DNA of 64,000 nt from positions 160,001-224,000 of the forward strand of contig CAVRUC010000008.1 of the NCBI GenBank assembly GCA_963724295.1. Direction: 5' to 3'. The notes below the pieces were generated by a model. It was given only the letters and a program-made list of their open reading frames with translations. It did no database searches and was not told the origin of the DNA. Of the stretch, positions 62,906 through 64,000 are shown piece after piece. Source of the stretch: an uncultured Chloroflexia bacterium (GTDB lineage Bacteria; Chloroflexota; Chloroflexia; Thermomicrobiales; UBA6265). The position numbers and the translations under genes were made by a program. Every line of letters starts with the position of its first letter. Position 1 is the first letter of the stretch.

Positions 62906-62912
62906 GTCGATG
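62885..62912. repeat. (GTCGTRA)n heptamer tandem at the GNAT 3' end
   Basis: GTCGTAAGTCGTAAGTCGTGAGTCG. Confidence 0.6.
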
Positions 62913-63091
62913 AGAAGCCGCGATCCATTTGCGAATAGCCGCCGTCGTGTCATTCCAACGAACTGCAAGTTGCAGGAGGAATCTCGTCGTGCTGTGTCCA
63001 TGGCACGGGCGGGGCGAGAATCCGCTTCCCTCGTCATACCACCGTTTCTGTGTCTCACTACTCAGTGCGATCCAGTTGACTTGACGCTGTC

Positions 63092-64000
63092 ATGAGCGAG
63101 AGATACCGCTGTCTGATGCTCGGCGCGGGCGCCATGGGCTCGCGCTGGATTCGCGACGTCTGGCAGCCATTTGGCGATCGGATGGTGTTCACGGGGCTGG
63201 TCGACCCCATCCCGTCTGCGTTGCGTGAGGCAGGCGATTGGCTCGGTCTGCCACCCACCGCCCGCTTCGCCGATGCCCGCGAGGCGTTCGCCAGGATCGA
63301 TGCGGACTTCTGCTGCATCGTCACACCACCGGCGCATCACCGGGAGGCGGTCGAGCTGGCCTGCGCCCGCGGCATGGACATTCTGTCGGAGAAACCGATC
63401 GCCGATACGCCGCGGGCATGTGCCGCCATCGCGCGAGTCGTGAAGGCGGCTGGCGTGCGGATGATGGTCACGCAGAACTATCGCTACACGCGCCGCATCC
63501 TGACGCTCAAGCAAGCCCTCGCGGAGCTTGGCGCGGTCAATTACGCGGTGGCGCGCTATGCGTCGGACTATCGGGAACGCGGCGCCTGGGGGATGTTCCG
63601 GCACGAGATGCGACACGGATTGTTGATCGAGGGCGGCATCCACCACCTCGACCAGTTGCGAAACCTCTGCGGCGCGGACTGCCAGACCATCGCCGGCTGG
63701 GACTGGAACCCGGGTCATGTCCGTGGTGATACCGCGGCGTGGCGGAGCAGCGATGCATTTGACGGCGAGGCCAGCGCGCTCCTCGTCCTGCGCATGACGA
63801 ACGGGAGCTTCGCCACCTACGAAGGCAACAACCTGGCGACCGGCAAGACCAACTCCTGGTACGGCGAGTATTACCGCCTCGAGTGCGAAGGCGGCGCGGC
63901 CGTCCTTGATCGGGATCACACCGTGCGCATCGAGGAGCGGAGCCCGGCAGGAACGCTGCAGACGCGCGAAGTGCCTCCGGTCGAAGTTGTCTGGGAAGGT
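63092..64000 (+). CDS. Gfo/Idh/MocA oxidoreductase (runs off window)
   Basis: MSERYRCLMLGAGAMG, VTPPAHH, ILSEKP, QNYRY, EGGIHHLD; not in the ORF track because the stop lies outside the window. Confidence 0.92.
   Translation, partial: MSERYRCLMLGAGAMGSRWIRDVWQPFGDRMVFTGLVDPIPSALREAGDWLGLPPTARFADAREAFARIDADFCCIVTPPAHHREAVELACARGMDILSEKPIADTPRACAAIARVVKAAGVRMMVTQNYRYTRRILTLKQALAELGAVNYAVARYASDYRERGAWGMFRHEMRHGLLIEGGIHHLDQLRNLCGADCQTIAGWDWNPGHVRGDTAAWRSSDAFDGEASALLVLRMTNGSFATYEGNNLATGKTNSWYGEYYRLECEGGAAVLDRDHTVRIEERSPAGTLQTREVPPVEVVWEG

Overview
GC-rich bacterial chromosomal segment, probably from a soil Thermomicrobiales (Chloroflexota). That assignment is inferred from an MDDRRFD-type Tat/Cys-rich protein and Tat-exported solute-binding proteins. 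It is mostly metabolic: one sugar ABC cluster and three Opp/Dpp clusters (no ABC ATPase in the window), a GH51 arabinofuranosidase, an M19 dipeptidase, GGT, a GH2-GT4-glf-GH1 operon, GH15, ferritin, PPK2, radC, ftsY, ffh, a two-component pair and GNATs. About 13 single-base frameshifts, including one in essential ffh, point to uncorrected long-read indels. I found no rRNA, tRNA, CRISPR array or intact transposase/integrase. The most interesting items are: (1) a tightly coupled HipA-like kinase-DUF3037-orphan DNA methyltransferase operon; (2) a family of composite palindromic intergenic elements with 7-8-mer tandem arms and a covarying 22-bp TC/TC hairpin unit; (3) an ORF bracketed by ~100-bp direct repeats inside a zone of gene remnants (DeoR/GH4 junction, radC fragment, cyclase fragment); (4) several unusual small or secreted proteins (22-Cys Tat protein, Gly/Asn-rich amyloid-like protein, an uncalled 11-Cys zinc-finger ORF, a divergent Rid-fold protein); and (5) a candidate structured 5' leader. 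All family assignments come from motif recognition by eye, not database searches.
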